Of a DNA stretch of 64,000 nt, positions 1 to 9,401 are shown one piece after another. Position numbers and translations under genes: made by a program. The stretch's first letter is position 1. The number at the start of each line of letters is the position of its first letter. Origin of the DNA: an uncultured delta proteobacterium (GTDB lineage Bacteria; Desulfobacterota; Syntrophobacteria; Syntrophobacterales; Syntrophobacteraceae); contig CAWEHK010000019.1 in the NCBI GenBank assembly GCA_963808625.1, forward strand, positions 41,245-105,244, given 5' to 3'. The notes below the pieces were generated by a model. The model made no database searches, was not told the DNA's origin, and worked only from the letters and a program-made list of their open reading frames with translations.

Positions 1-1375
1 ACCAGTACACGGCCACGCCGAAAGCCACGACACCGATCAGCACGTTCTGGATCATCTTGATCGTTGCCGCTACGTAGAGGGCCTTTTGACCCAAAAAGGC
101 GCCGGCCGCAGCCACGGCGCCAGTCGAATCGATGGTGCTGCCCATCCAGGCTCCGGCCAGGATCTCCGGCATTCCTACCAGCTTGGCGAACGCCGGCTGG
201 CCCACCATGCAGATCGCCGTGAAGACCATGGAAAGCCCAATGGCCAGCGTCAGCTCCTCTTTTTTGGCCCGGCAGGCCGCGGCGGTGGCGATGGCCGCCG
301 AGACGCCGCAGACCGACATATCGGCCGAAATGGTGATGTTCAGGGTCTTGGAAGGCATTTTGACGATCTTCTGGCCGAACCAGTAGGTCAGGATCAGGGT
401 GATCGGGGTGCAAATCCAGGCGATAAAGATGCCCGGTTTGCCGATGGCTAAAATCTTGTTGAAAAGGATTTCGGCACCGAGCAGAACGAGCCCGGTCTTG
501 ATGTAGAATTCGGTGCAGACCGCGGGCTGCATCCATTTGGGGGTGCCGACCGTGTTGCTGATGAGGAGGCCGAAGGCGATGGCCCACAGCGGAAAGCCGA
601 AGCCCCAGTATTTCATCAGGGCCTGGGTTTCGGCCATGTAGGCCAATATCGCAATAATGAAGACCGCCGGGAAGGCGATGACGAACCGGCTGAACGGGGT
701 GCCCATGATGGCCTTGCCGATGCCGAAGAACACGGCCAGGATGATGCACAACCCGATCAGATAGGGTATTCGGTTATAGGGTTTGACATTGAACTTGCTG
801 TCGGCTTTGGAGAAGGCGTCCTTAGCTTTCTGCCAGGCGTTGATCTCCTTCTCGGCTGCGGCGTTGAGATTTGGGTCCTTGAAGCCTGCTGCTGCAGCGG
901 CGGCCTGAGCGGTCTTGGCGCTTGCCAGCGCGGCTTCGGCAGCGGCCTTGGCTTTGTCCGCCGCCTCTTTAAAGGGCGCGCCCATGGCCTTGGCGGTTTC
1001 CTCGCTGCGGTAGAGGGCGTCTACCGGGTTGGTGTCCCAGTCACTGGGCGCGGCCAGGAAGTTCTGAATGGTCTTGGCGAAATCCTGGTTGGTTGCCCGA
1101 ACTCCGCGTTTGGCTGATGACGCATTATACCACTCGATCGTTTTGAAGGGCGCCTTGGCGGCCTCTTCCTTCATCGTCGCATTGTACTTGGGGATTTCGG
1201 CCGCTTTCTCCGGCGGTCGCGGCAGGTAGATGACCAGCCCGATGATGAGAAGCAAAAACCCCATCCAGACAGCCATCCAGTCTTCTTTCTTGTAAAGATC
1301 CTTAAGCGAGGTCTTGCCGCTTTCTATAACTACATAATCCGGTTCCGCTGGCGACGGTGTTTTGGTTTCTGCCAT
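1..1375 (-). CDS. Putative sulfate exporter family (YeiH/UPF0324) membrane transporter, truncated by window edge
   Basis: Manual translation from ATG at 1375 (RBS AAGGAGG upstream): MAETKTPS...EDWMAVWMG...EFYIKTGLVLLGAEILF...SVCGVSAAIA...IDSTGAVAAAG...KMIQN. Multi-TM protein with family motifs; runs off the left edge. Confidence 0.85.
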   Translation of the reverse strand, partial: MAETKTPSPAEPDYVVIESGKTSLKDLYKKEDWMAVWMGFLLLIIGLVIYLPRPPEKAAEIPKYNATMKEEAAKAPFKTIEWYNASSAKRGVRATNQDFAKTIQNFLAAPSDWDTNPVDALYRSEETAKAMGAPFKEAADKAKAAAEAALASAKTAQAAAAAAGFKDPNLNAAAEKEINAWQKAKDAFSKADSKFNVKPYNRIPYLIGLCIILAVFFGIGKAIMGTPFSRFVIAFPAVFIIAILAYMAETQALMKYWGFGFPLWAIAFGLLISNTVGTPKWMQPAVCTEFYIKTGLVLLGAEILFNKILAIGKPGIFIAWICTPITLILTYWFGQKIVKMPSKTLNITISADMSVCGVSAAIATAAACRAKKEELTLAIGLSMVFTAICMVGQPAFAKLVGMPEILAGAWMGSTIDSTGAVAAAGAFLGQKALYVAATIKMIQNVLIGVVAFGVAVYW

Positions 1376-1653
1376 ACTACCTCCTTGTAGGAGCCCTTTA
1401 CGGGCGGAAGAAGACACATCATGGCGCCTCCCTCGCAAGCCTGCCTCAGCGATGCCGAGAACAGGAGTGCTCCCTCTTCCGTCTTCAGAGGAAAACCCTC
1501 TATTCTTGCGATGTCGGAGACGGTGTCATCGTCTTTGGCCGCCTTGCCATCACCTCCTTTCGCGACGCCGCCAGCAACAATCCGAAAACCATGTTGCGCC
1601 GACGATTAAGGGTTATCCAAAGACAACTTGTCCTTCAGTTTGAGAGCCTTTTC

Positions 1654-1693
1654 ATCCACGAAGTCACACGAAAAACTGCGAAGACACACGAAG
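1654..1693. repeat. Half-copy of ~10-bp periodic CACACGAA-type repeat
   Basis: ATCCACGAAGTCACACGAAAAACTGCGAAGACACACGAAG resembles the arms at 14371 and 42920. Confidence 0.45.
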
Positions 1694-1753
1694 CAAGCAT
1701 TTACGTGGTAAACTATCGCAAACTGAGCAGATTGTGTCAAGTTCGTGGTCATC

Positions 1754-2800
1754 TCACCGCTCGAATCTCTTGACGCAGGTAAGACAGGATTGATTCGGGT
1801 TTCCAATGGCCAGTCCTTCTCGAAACTGTCGGAACGCCTCACTCTCCCAGATCGCCAGCGGGTCCAGGGTGAGGACATTGCCGAAGATGCGGCGCCTGGG
1901 ATCTGGCCCGGCGGCTGGCAGTTTGAGATAGACACATGGGGATGCGGAACCGTCAGCGGCCACGAAAAGCGAACGGGCGATGTTTTCACGACAGCTCATA
2001 CCGGATGCGCTCGGGTCCGGCAGGCTCCAGTGGCATTCCATACCCAGGCGTCGAATTTCGGATGCCGTTTCCTGAAGAATGGAAGCCGCTGCCGCCAGCT
2101 TCCCGGGTTCATCGAGGCCGAAACCCTCGGGCTTCAATTCAGCGCTCGGAACATAGTCGAGGGTGCTGATCACCGCCGCGTGCACGCCGAGGCGCTGCAT
2201 CAGGGCCGGCAGACCGCGCACCGCTTCCATGTTCGAGGCCAGCATCAGGTAGGCGAGATGAATCTCCAGGTGCACTCCCTGGCGTGCGCGCCGGACGGCC
2301 TGGAGGAGGGATATTGCTTCACCTACCCTCTCGAAGTCTACTCCCTGACGGGAGGCGTTGGTTGCCGCACTGGTGCCGGCCAGCGAGAAGGCAATGATAT
2401 CCAGACCGCTTTCCACGATCTGCAGGGCCAGGTGTTCGTTCATGATCAGGCCGCAGGTGGTGGTGGACACGGCACTCCCGGTCTTGAGCGCCAGCGCGGC
2501 CATCTCGAAGAAGGCGGGATTGAGCAGCGGTTCTCCCCAACCCTGGAGATGCACGCGGCTTGAACGCCGCATCAAGGGCCAGAGGCGGGCGAAGGTTGCC
2601 ATGTCCATGTCTCGCCCCGGCCACTGCTCGTGCATGATCGTGTGGGGACAATAGCGGCAGCGGCCGGGACAGCGGGTCGAGACCTCCACCTGGAGGCAGT
2701 CCAGGAGGCGCCGAACCCCGAAAAGGCGTTCGCGAAGAGTCTCCCAGATCCCCGGTTCGCGGAATGATCGCTCGGAGGTTTTGTCCGATACTCGCTTCAT
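1754..2800 (-). CDS. Radical SAM protein with SPASM/twitch C-terminal domain
   Basis: CPGRCRYC (CxxxCxxC), LQGWGEPLL, C-terminal SCRE...DGSASPC...IFGNV...CLTC. Confidence 0.9.
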   Translation of the reverse strand: MKRVSDKTSERSFREPGIWETLRERLFGVRRLLDCLQVEVSTRCPGRCRYCPHTIMHEQWPGRDMDMATFARLWPLMRRSSRVHLQGWGEPLLNPAFFEMAALALKTGSAVSTTTCGLIMNEHLALQIVESGLDIIAFSLAGTSAATNASRQGVDFERVGEAISLLQAVRRARQGVHLEIHLAYLMLASNMEAVRGLPALMQRLGVHAAVISTLDYVPSAELKPEGFGLDEPGKLAAAASILQETASEIRRLGMECHWSLPDPSASGMSCRENIARSLFVAADGSASPCVYLKLPAAGPDPRRRIFGNVLTLDPLAIWESEAFRQFREGLAIGNPNQSCLTCVKRFER

Positions 2801-2814
2801 AACGAACTCACCGT

Positions 2815-2893
2815 GTCACCCCCGCATGCTTTTGGCGAGGGTCCAGGGACATAACAGTTGACCTGGATTCCCGCCAAAAGCATGCGGGTTGAC
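2815..2893. repeat. REP-like palindromic element (GTCA..CCCGCATG family)
   Basis: GTCACCCCCGCATGCTTTTGGCG...CGCCAAAAGCATGCGGGTTGAC inverted arms; related copies at 15542, 16304, 51911. Confidence 0.75.
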
Positions 2894-2937
2894 GCCTGGT
2901 AACGGTGGCCCTCTACTCCTTCACCCTGAATTAAGTT

Positions 2938-3782
2938 TCAGCGACCGAAAATGCTGGAGAGCCTTTGCAGCAGTCCCGGCCGAGCCGGTGCCCAGCTTAC
3001 CTCCACATACGGGAGGAAAGGAAGCGCTCCCCATTTACGTTTGAAGAAACCAACTCCGGTATTGATGCCCAGCCCAAGGTTCATGAGAGTCTGCCCGCGT
3101 TGATAAGCCTCTTCCAGAAGTCCCCCAAGCAGGAGATCGGTGCTGCCCGGTGGAGCCAGCCGGGGGTCCCGGAAGCAGAACATGAAGAAAGCGGTCCGGA
3201 AGGCACTGAAATCACCCACGACAAAAGCGGCCAGCTTGCCGTCGGCGAGTCGCCCGGAAAGCACCAGGCTGCCGGGAGAGGCCGCGAGGTAGTGGGGCAG
3301 ATGCTGAAAAACGTGTCGCGTTCCTGGCTCCAGATGGCGCTCGTCGAGGTAGCGCTGGACCAGCGCCAGGTGATCATCGCCCCATTGGTGTCCCCTCTCG
3401 ACGGTCAGCTCCCGACTCGCCCGGCGAATAAGGTTGCGCACCTTCTGGAGGAGGTAGAGGATGCGGCACCGGCAGGGAATAATAGCAGTCCTCGGTAACC
3501 TGGCTCTCCGCCCGGGCCTGGGGCGGTCTGGCCGGTCCGATGACGGTGAGATACGCAGGTCTCTAATTTTGAGCGCTTCACTGACAGCCTCGGCCATGGC
3601 TTCCGTATCCCGAGGGTCATGCAAAGGATAACCTACCAGCACCAGCTTCTTCTCCGAGGCAAAACCCACACAGTCTCCCACCAGCTCGGCTCTGTTCCCG
3701 AGACGGTACGAACGTACGGCAGAAGTTGTTCGGGGACCACCGCCTCAGCGGTTACTCGAGCCAGGAGATCCGGGCCGATCAT
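2938..3782 (-). CDS. GNAT/FemAB-like hypothetical protein (frameshifted in this assembly)
   Basis: ATG at 3782 overlaps the upstream stop (ATGA). MIGPDLLARVTAEAVVPEQ... continues via frameshift(s) into LVGYPL...SDLLL-like...MNLGLGINTGVGFFKRKWG, paralogous to the N-half of the upstream gene. Confidence 0.65.
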
Positions 3783-5470
3783 TTCGCCCTCCTGACCGTG
3801 AAGCCCGCCTGACTCAGCATGGGACGCAGATCGAGCAGGTGTGCCGATCCCACCAGTACCGCACAACGGCCCCGTTCCAGAAATGGGCGCATCCGTTCGA
3901 GGAAGACGGCGTCGCGGCGATTGATGACCCATTCGGTGCGGGTGGGAAACTCGATGCTGGTGCCCATCATGCGCTCCAGGTTCCCTCTCAGGTAGGCGCG
4001 TTCATTGCGTTTCAAATACCCGTGCCAGCGGGGGCACTGGCGAAAGAAATTGATAATGCGGGGGATCGGGATGCTCTCGAGGGTCTCGAGCTGCTCGGCG
4101 ATGGTCTCCATGCCCCGCACCGTCTTTCCCATCTCCCTAGCCAGGTGCCACGCCTCAAGATCTACCGAATAACGCCAGTCATGACGTGCCAGAAAGCTGG
4201 TCCAGAGCGAAAAAAAGGCCATCCAGGGGCGGGTTTCGGCGAGAAAATGACGCACATCCGGCGCGTTGGGAGTACTGAATCCCAGCAGCCGCGCCCAAAA
4301 ACCCTGTGGTCCACATACCACTCGCTCCAGACGACGGATCTCCTCCTCCGTCAGCAGTTCGATGAGCCGGGGGCTTCCTGCGGCTGGGCTTCGCCCCACC
4401 TCCGCCACTCGGTCAAGGCTCGCCTGATCGAGCGGCCCTTCGAAGAGAACCGTATCCACCCGTTCAAAGAGTTCGCGAAAGGAGGTTTCGAAGCTGCAGC
4501 AAAAGAAGTGCGCCGTTCCGCCAAGCCAGGAACGACTCTCGTCTTTTTCGACTTCCCAGAGCATGGCGAAGTGTCGCTGCGGGGGGAGGCTGGCCAGAAA
4601 CTCCCGCTTGGACATGGCTTCACCGGGCATGGCGCGCAACGCCCGCATGAACTCGTTCATCTCGGTACGGGCCTTAGCTTTTGCCTCCCAGGCCGCCATT
4701 TCATAGGGTAGCGATGGAGTCCCTCCCCACTTGGTCTTGAAGCGACGAATGCCATCGTTAACGCCGAGACCGAGATGCAGAAAATCCTTCTGCTCTCTTC
4801 TCGCCAGCTCGATCATTTTCAGAAAGAGCAGATCGGAAGCGTGAGGGGTATAATGGATACGGGAGTGAGCCCCGAGGAGATAGGTTAAAAAACAGCCGGG
4901 AGCCGTGTCCAGCAGCAGGCAGGCGGCGAGATGACCGCGCTCGTCCCAGGCATCGAGGAAGACCAGACCAGGAGCCCGGGAGATCACATGGTCGGTGCGC
5001 GCGTAGAGCTCGCGGACGTTAGGCGGCAGGGGCACGCGAGCCAGGAATTCGGCCCAAAGGCGGCGGTGCGCCGGGGTGAACTGCGCGCCCTCTTCCACTT
5101 GGAGCGAGGTCGCGGCCTGGGCCGCCTGGCGTTCAAGACGGGACGGTACAGGTATATCAGAAGGGAGGGTATAGTAGAAATCCTGATTAGTGCGGTAGTG
5201 CTGCAGGCGACTGGGAAGGGAGGGGCTGATCGCCCAACACCTCGTGGCCCGTGTCCGGGATAAGGCTTCGGCCAAGGCTTCGTCAAAACTTAGCGATGAA
5301 TCATCTCCCGAGAGCGGATAGCCTACCGCCAGCAGCCAGTCCTTGGCAGCAACAAAAAGGTAGGGACCCAGGAGGAAGGCCGAACCGTCCGACATGGCCT
5401 CCATAAAGGCCACGGAATGTTCGGGTACCGTCGCCTTTGCCAGGACGGCATTTATCTCGGAAGGATTCAT
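3779..5470 (-). CDS. Fusion: N-terminal GNAT/FemAB-like domain + C-terminal TraB/GumN (Tiki-like) domain
   Basis: N-half ASDLLF...LHLGLGVNDGIRRFKTKWGG; C-half SWLGGTAHF, VLFEGPLD, GMETIAEQL, RRDAVFLERM, VLVGSAHL match the TraB/GumN motif order. Start taken at MNPSE (5470). Confidence 0.75.
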   Translation of the reverse strand: MNPSEINAVLAKATVPEHSVAFMEAMSDGSAFLLGPYLFVAAKDWLLAVGYPLSGDDSSLSFDEALAEALSRTRATRCWAISPSLPSRLQHYRTNQDFYYTLPSDIPVPSRLERQAAQAATSLQVEEGAQFTPAHRRLWAEFLARVPLPPNVRELYARTDHVISRAPGLVFLDAWDERGHLAACLLLDTAPGCFLTYLLGAHSRIHYTPHASDLLFLKMIELARREQKDFLHLGLGVNDGIRRFKTKWGGTPSLPYEMAAWEAKAKARTEMNEFMRALRAMPGEAMSKREFLASLPPQRHFAMLWEVEKDESRSWLGGTAHFFCCSFETSFRELFERVDTVLFEGPLDQASLDRVAEVGRSPAAGSPRLIELLTEEEIRRLERVVCGPQGFWARLLGFSTPNAPDVRHFLAETRPWMAFFSLWTSFLARHDWRYSVDLEAWHLAREMGKTVRGMETIAEQLETLESIPIPRIINFFRQCPRWHGYLKRNERAYLRGNLERMMGTSIEFPTRTEWVINRRDAVFLERMRPFLERGRCAVLVGSAHLLDLRPMLSQAGFTVRRAK

Positions 5471-5525
5471 CACGGCACTCCATCCAGAAATACGGAAAGG
5501 AGTCACACGGACTGCGGGTCAACTT

Positions 5526-5555
5526 TTTATGGCCTAATCGCTTCTCAAGAGTCAA
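5526..5555 (-). promoter_or_regulatory. Candidate sigma70 promoter for the GNAT-TraB operon
   Basis: Minus strand TTGACT-N18-CATAAA, about 55 bp upstream of the ATG at 5470. Confidence 0.3.
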
Positions 5556-5625
5556 TATATCATATCGTACGGGATTTCGCTGCGATAACCCTTTAGAGAG
5601 CGGGGAATCATCATGACGCAAGCGC

Positions 5626-7840
5626 TTGACCATTACTCGGAATGAAGTGCTGTTTGGAGCCGACGCAACCTCGGGGATAGTGGCCGTAGAGCAGGTTTCC
5701 GGGAATCGAATGCGGCTTTTCAGGCGCGGGACGGATGGCCTGGTGCAGGAAGACGAGGCCTTCCGGCCCTTTATGGTATTGGAAAAAGAAGGGCTTCTCG
5801 ATGGCTTCAGGAAGCCCTTTACAGGCCACGCGCTCAGTTCCACCAATGCCTTTAAGTTCCTGGCTCTATTTGAGAATTGGGGAGATTGCGAGAGCGCCCG
5901 AGACCACCTGCGCAAGACCAGCGGGGAATCAGCCTCCTCCCCGACGGCACCCTACCTCTATCTGGCCGATCCCGTGCATCAGCACCTGCTGCTCACCGGC
6001 AAGACCCTCTTCAAGGGCCTGGCGTTCAAGGATATCCATCGTCTCGCCCTCGATATCGAAACCGCTTGTGCGCCGGGGTTTGAGTTTTCAAACCCTCAGA
6101 GAGAAGAGGATCGCATCCTCTCCATTGCCCTGATGGACAATCGGGGGTTCGCGGAAGTGCTGTTCGGCGGGGATATGACGGAAAAAGAGATGCTCCAGGC
6201 TTTGGGCGAGAGGATCATGGCCCTCGACCCGGACGTCCTGGAAGGGCACAACCTCTTCAATTTTGATCTCGAATATATCGTTGCCCGGGCCAGGATGCAT
6301 GGCGTTAAACTGCCCTGGGGACGCAACGGCAGTGAGCCCAGGATTCGTAAATCCCGCTTTACGGTAGCCGAGCGCATCATTGATTTTACCCGCATGGACA
6401 TCTTCGGCCGGCATGTCGTGGATACCATGTTTCTGCTGCAATATTACGATGTCACGGCCCGCGAGCTGGAGAGCTACGGGTTGAAATCCGCCGCGCTTCA
6501 CTTCGGCCTGGCCGATGAGGACCGGACTTATATCGATGGGGACAGGATTCAATGGGCTTATGAGCATGATCCGGAAGCCCTCAAGCGCTACAACCTGGAT
6601 GATGTGAGGGAAACCCTGGCGCTCTCCGAGCTTCTCGGGTATCCGTTTTTCCTGCAAGCGCAAATCTTCCCCTTTTCCTACCAGAATATTTTCGTGCGGG
6701 GCAATGCGACCAAGATCAACGCGCTGTTCCTGCGGGAGTATCTCAGGAGGCGGGCTTCCATCCCCAAGCCCATGGCCAGGGGAGATTTTGAAGGAGGCTA
6801 CACGGATGTCTTTGTCGAGGGCGTGGTGAAGAACGTGGTGCACTGCGACGTCGCATCACTTTACCCCTCGATCATGCTCTCTTTCAGCCTGAAGCCGGCA
6901 GGGGACAGCCTGGACATCTTCCTGCCCCTCCTCCGGGATTTGCGCGCCTTCCGCCTGGAAGCCAAGAGAAAAGGCCCATGAGGTCGCCTCACCCCACGAT
7001 CGGGACTATTACCAGGCACTCCAGCAGACCTTCAAGATCCTCATCAATTCCTTCTACGGTTACCTCGGGACGGCGCTGCATCATTTTTCCGATCCCGGTT
7101 TGGCGGCCGAAGTCACCCGCCTGGGACGGGAGCTTATCCGCAAGATGCTGGCGTGGCTGGAAGAAGAGGGGGCGACGCCGGTCGAGATCGACACCGACGG
7201 GATTTACTTTGTGCCGCCTCCCGGCGTGGTCACCGAAGAGCAGGCCGGGGCGCTGGTTGCGCGGCTTTCCCAGAGCCTTCCGGAAGGCATCGAGGTGGAG
7301 ATGGATGGGCGCTATGTCTCGATGTTCTCGTATAAGAAGAAAAACTACGCGCTGCTCGATGCGTCGGGAAACGTCACCATAAGAGGAAGCGGACTTCGTT
7401 CAAGGGGAATGGAAAAATACCTGCGGGAATTTCTTGCAGCCATGATTCGCCTGCTGCTCGAAGGGAGAGGAGAGGAAGTCAGTCAGCTCTACAAGGGCTT
7501 CGACGAGCGCCTGAAACAGCACCAGATGGACATTGCCTTGCTGGCAAAAACGGAGACCCTTACCGAAACTCCTGAGAACTATCAACTAAAAATCAAAGCC
7601 AAGAAGCGCAACCGGGCGGCGGCTTACGAGCTTGCCTTGAGCTCGGGACGAGATTTCCGCGCCGGCGATCAGGTCTCCTATTACGTGACCGGCAGCGACA
7701 AGAAAGTGCGCGTTTTTGAAAACTGCAAATTCGCTTCCAGCTACGATCCGACTCAACCGGATGAAAATATCGCCTATTATCAGGCCAAATTGCTTGAGCT
7801 GGTGAAGAAATTCCAGGATTTCCTGCCCCGGATGCCTTAG
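5626..7840 (+). CDS. polB: Family B DNA polymerase with 3'-5' exonuclease (one frameshift near 6975)
   Basis: ExoI DIET, ExoII GHNLFNFD, ExoIII YNLDD, motif A DVASLYPSI, motif B KILINSFYGYLG (frame of the 7100 ORF, upstream of its called start), motif C IDTDG, KKNY. Confidence 0.9.
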
Positions 7841-7865
7841 AGGCGGCAAAATGGTACCTTTAATG

Positions 7866-8012
7866 CTGGTTCCAAGCTCCGCTTGGGAACCCACCTCTTC
7901 GGAAGCTCCAGCCTCGTCGGACGAGTGGATGCCACGTGAAACTCAAGAGGCACGGGAAGCTAGGAGCTTCGCGGAAACCTGCGTTTACCATAAGGCTGAG
8001 CCTGCGGAAGAG
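7866..8012. repeat. Degenerate REP-like element (GTTCC.AAGCTCC..CTTGGGAAC type)
   Basis: GGTTCCAAGCTCCGCTTGGGAACC hairpin plus GAAGCTCC...GGAGCTTC inner palindrome, between convergent genes. Confidence 0.5.
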
Positions 8013-8038
8013 TTTCGGTATTAGTGAGCTCCCCCTTT

Positions 8039-9244
8039 TTATAAGGTTGGGTCGGGGGAATTCTCCGTCGAGTTTTGCGCGAAGTGTGAATTTTCAGACA
8101 AGCCCTTAATTGTGGACACGCCGAGGCGGAAGAGGATTTCCAGGGGTTCGACTATTCGGTCGCCGGTTCGTGAGCTTCCGATCGTGACGGCATCTTCGGG
8201 CTGTTCATCCACCCAGGCCGCGAGCAGGGTCTGGGCGACCGCAAGGACGACCGGCCCGACGAAGATCCCGATGAGCCCCATGGCCATGAGTCCCCCGATC
8301 ACCCCGGCGAAAATGAGGAGCAAAGGCAGGTCCGCCCCTTTTCGGATCAGCACGGGACGCAGGAAGTTGTCCATGGTGCCGACAATGATGGTCCACACCA
8401 GGAGGAAGGTCCCCCACCCCCAGTTATCACTCCAATACAGCCAGGCCACTGCAGGTGCAAGCACGAGAAACGGGCCTACCTGGGCAATGCAGAGCATGGC
8501 CATCATCGCGGTCAGAACGGCCGCGAAGGGCACACCGGCGATGGCGAGGCCGACGCCGCCCATGACTGACTGGGCAAACGCCGTTACCACGACGCCGAGT
8601 GCTACCCCGCGAATGGTCTGGCCGGCGAGACGGGCTGATTTCTCCCCCCGCGGTCCCGCCAGACGACCCCCGAATTTCAGGATGCGCTGTGCGGCATGTT
8701 CACCGTTGGCATACATGGCTGCTGCGAGAACGACCGTGAGCAGGAACTGCACGAATAAGACGCCAAAACCGCCGACCTCGAAAATGAACCATTTGATGAC
8801 ACTCACCGCGTAGGGTGCAGCCTTGCTGGAAAATTGCTCGATGCCCGCAGCAGCCACCTGCTGCCAGGCCTGGTGAGCCTTGTCGCCGATAAACGGGAGC
8901 TTTCCCACCCACTCGGGCGGGGGCGGCATTTTGAAAGTGGCGAGAGACCTGGCCCATCCCAGGACCTCGTCTGCGTTGGAGACAATCGTACCGATGGCCA
9001 GCGAGAGGGGAACGACCAGGACGCAGAGGAGCATGAGCGTCATCAGGGCCACGGCAAGCCATCGCCTGCCCCATAGCCAACCCTGGATGGTGGTCATGAG
9101 CGGCCAGGTCGCAACGACGATCATTGCCGCCCACACGATCGCTCCCAGGAACGGCCGCAGAATCCAGATGGAAGATCCCATGAGCGCAACGATAAAGATC
9201 GCTGCCAGCACGGGGCGGGTGATGTCTCGCTCGGTTGCGGCCAT
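8039..9244 (-). CDS. ydiK: AI-2E family transporter (YdiK-like)
   Basis: LRPFLGAIVWA, IRGVALGVVVTA, MDNFLRPVLI..GADLP, GIFVGPV. The last ~40 aa may be read-through into repeat sequence. Confidence 0.88.
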   Translation of the reverse strand: MAATERDITRPVLAAIFIVALMGSSIWILRPFLGAIVWAAMIVVATWPLMTTIQGWLWGRRWLAVALMTLMLLCVLVVPLSLAIGTIVSNADEVLGWARSLATFKMPPPPEWVGKLPFIGDKAHQAWQQVAAAGIEQFSSKAAPYAVSVIKWFIFEVGGFGVLFVQFLLTVVLAAAMYANGEHAAQRILKFGGRLAGPRGEKSARLAGQTIRGVALGVVVTAFAQSVMGGVGLAIAGVPFAAVLTAMMAMLCIAQVGPFLVLAPAVAWLYWSDNWGWGTFLLVWTIIVGTMDNFLRPVLIRKGADLPLLLIFAGVIGGLMAMGLIGIFVGPVVLAVAQTLLAAWVDEQPEDAVTIGSSRTGDRIVEPLEILFRLGVSTIKGLSENSHFAQNSTENSPDPTL

Positions 9245-9319
9245 GACCGGTACCTCGTTGTTGTTGGTTTCGCAGATATCCTGCCGGGGCGTCAGGCCCG
9301 CGCGTGCGCGAATTCAGTG

Positions 9320-9343
9320 GGCGGGTTGGAAAACCCGCCCTCC
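9320..9343. repeat. REP-like hairpin GGCGGGTTGGAAAACCCGCCCTCC
   Basis: Identical 24-mer at 15425-15448. Confidence 0.75.
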
Positions 9344-9401
9344 GGTGAATGGTCATCCCCGCCGTTGCGCGAATTCAGTAGCAGGGCGGGTGCTCACCTC
9401 A

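Noticed and set aside
1500..1561. 16-aa minus-strand ORF (MARRPKTMTPSPTSQE) after a perfect AAAGGAGGTG, as a possible precursor peptide for the radical SAM operon
   Set aside because: The SD abuts the ATG with no spacer, and there is no conservation evidence; more likely part of the transporter leader.
6960..7000. Programmed frameshift or naturally split PolB
   Set aside because: The break follows an A-run between motifs A and B, and similar indels are widespread in this assembly.
9305..9379. 14-bp direct repeat TGCGCGAATTCAGT flanking a REP hairpin, as a possible target-site duplication
   Set aside because: The identical REP copy at 15425 has no such flanks; insufficient support.
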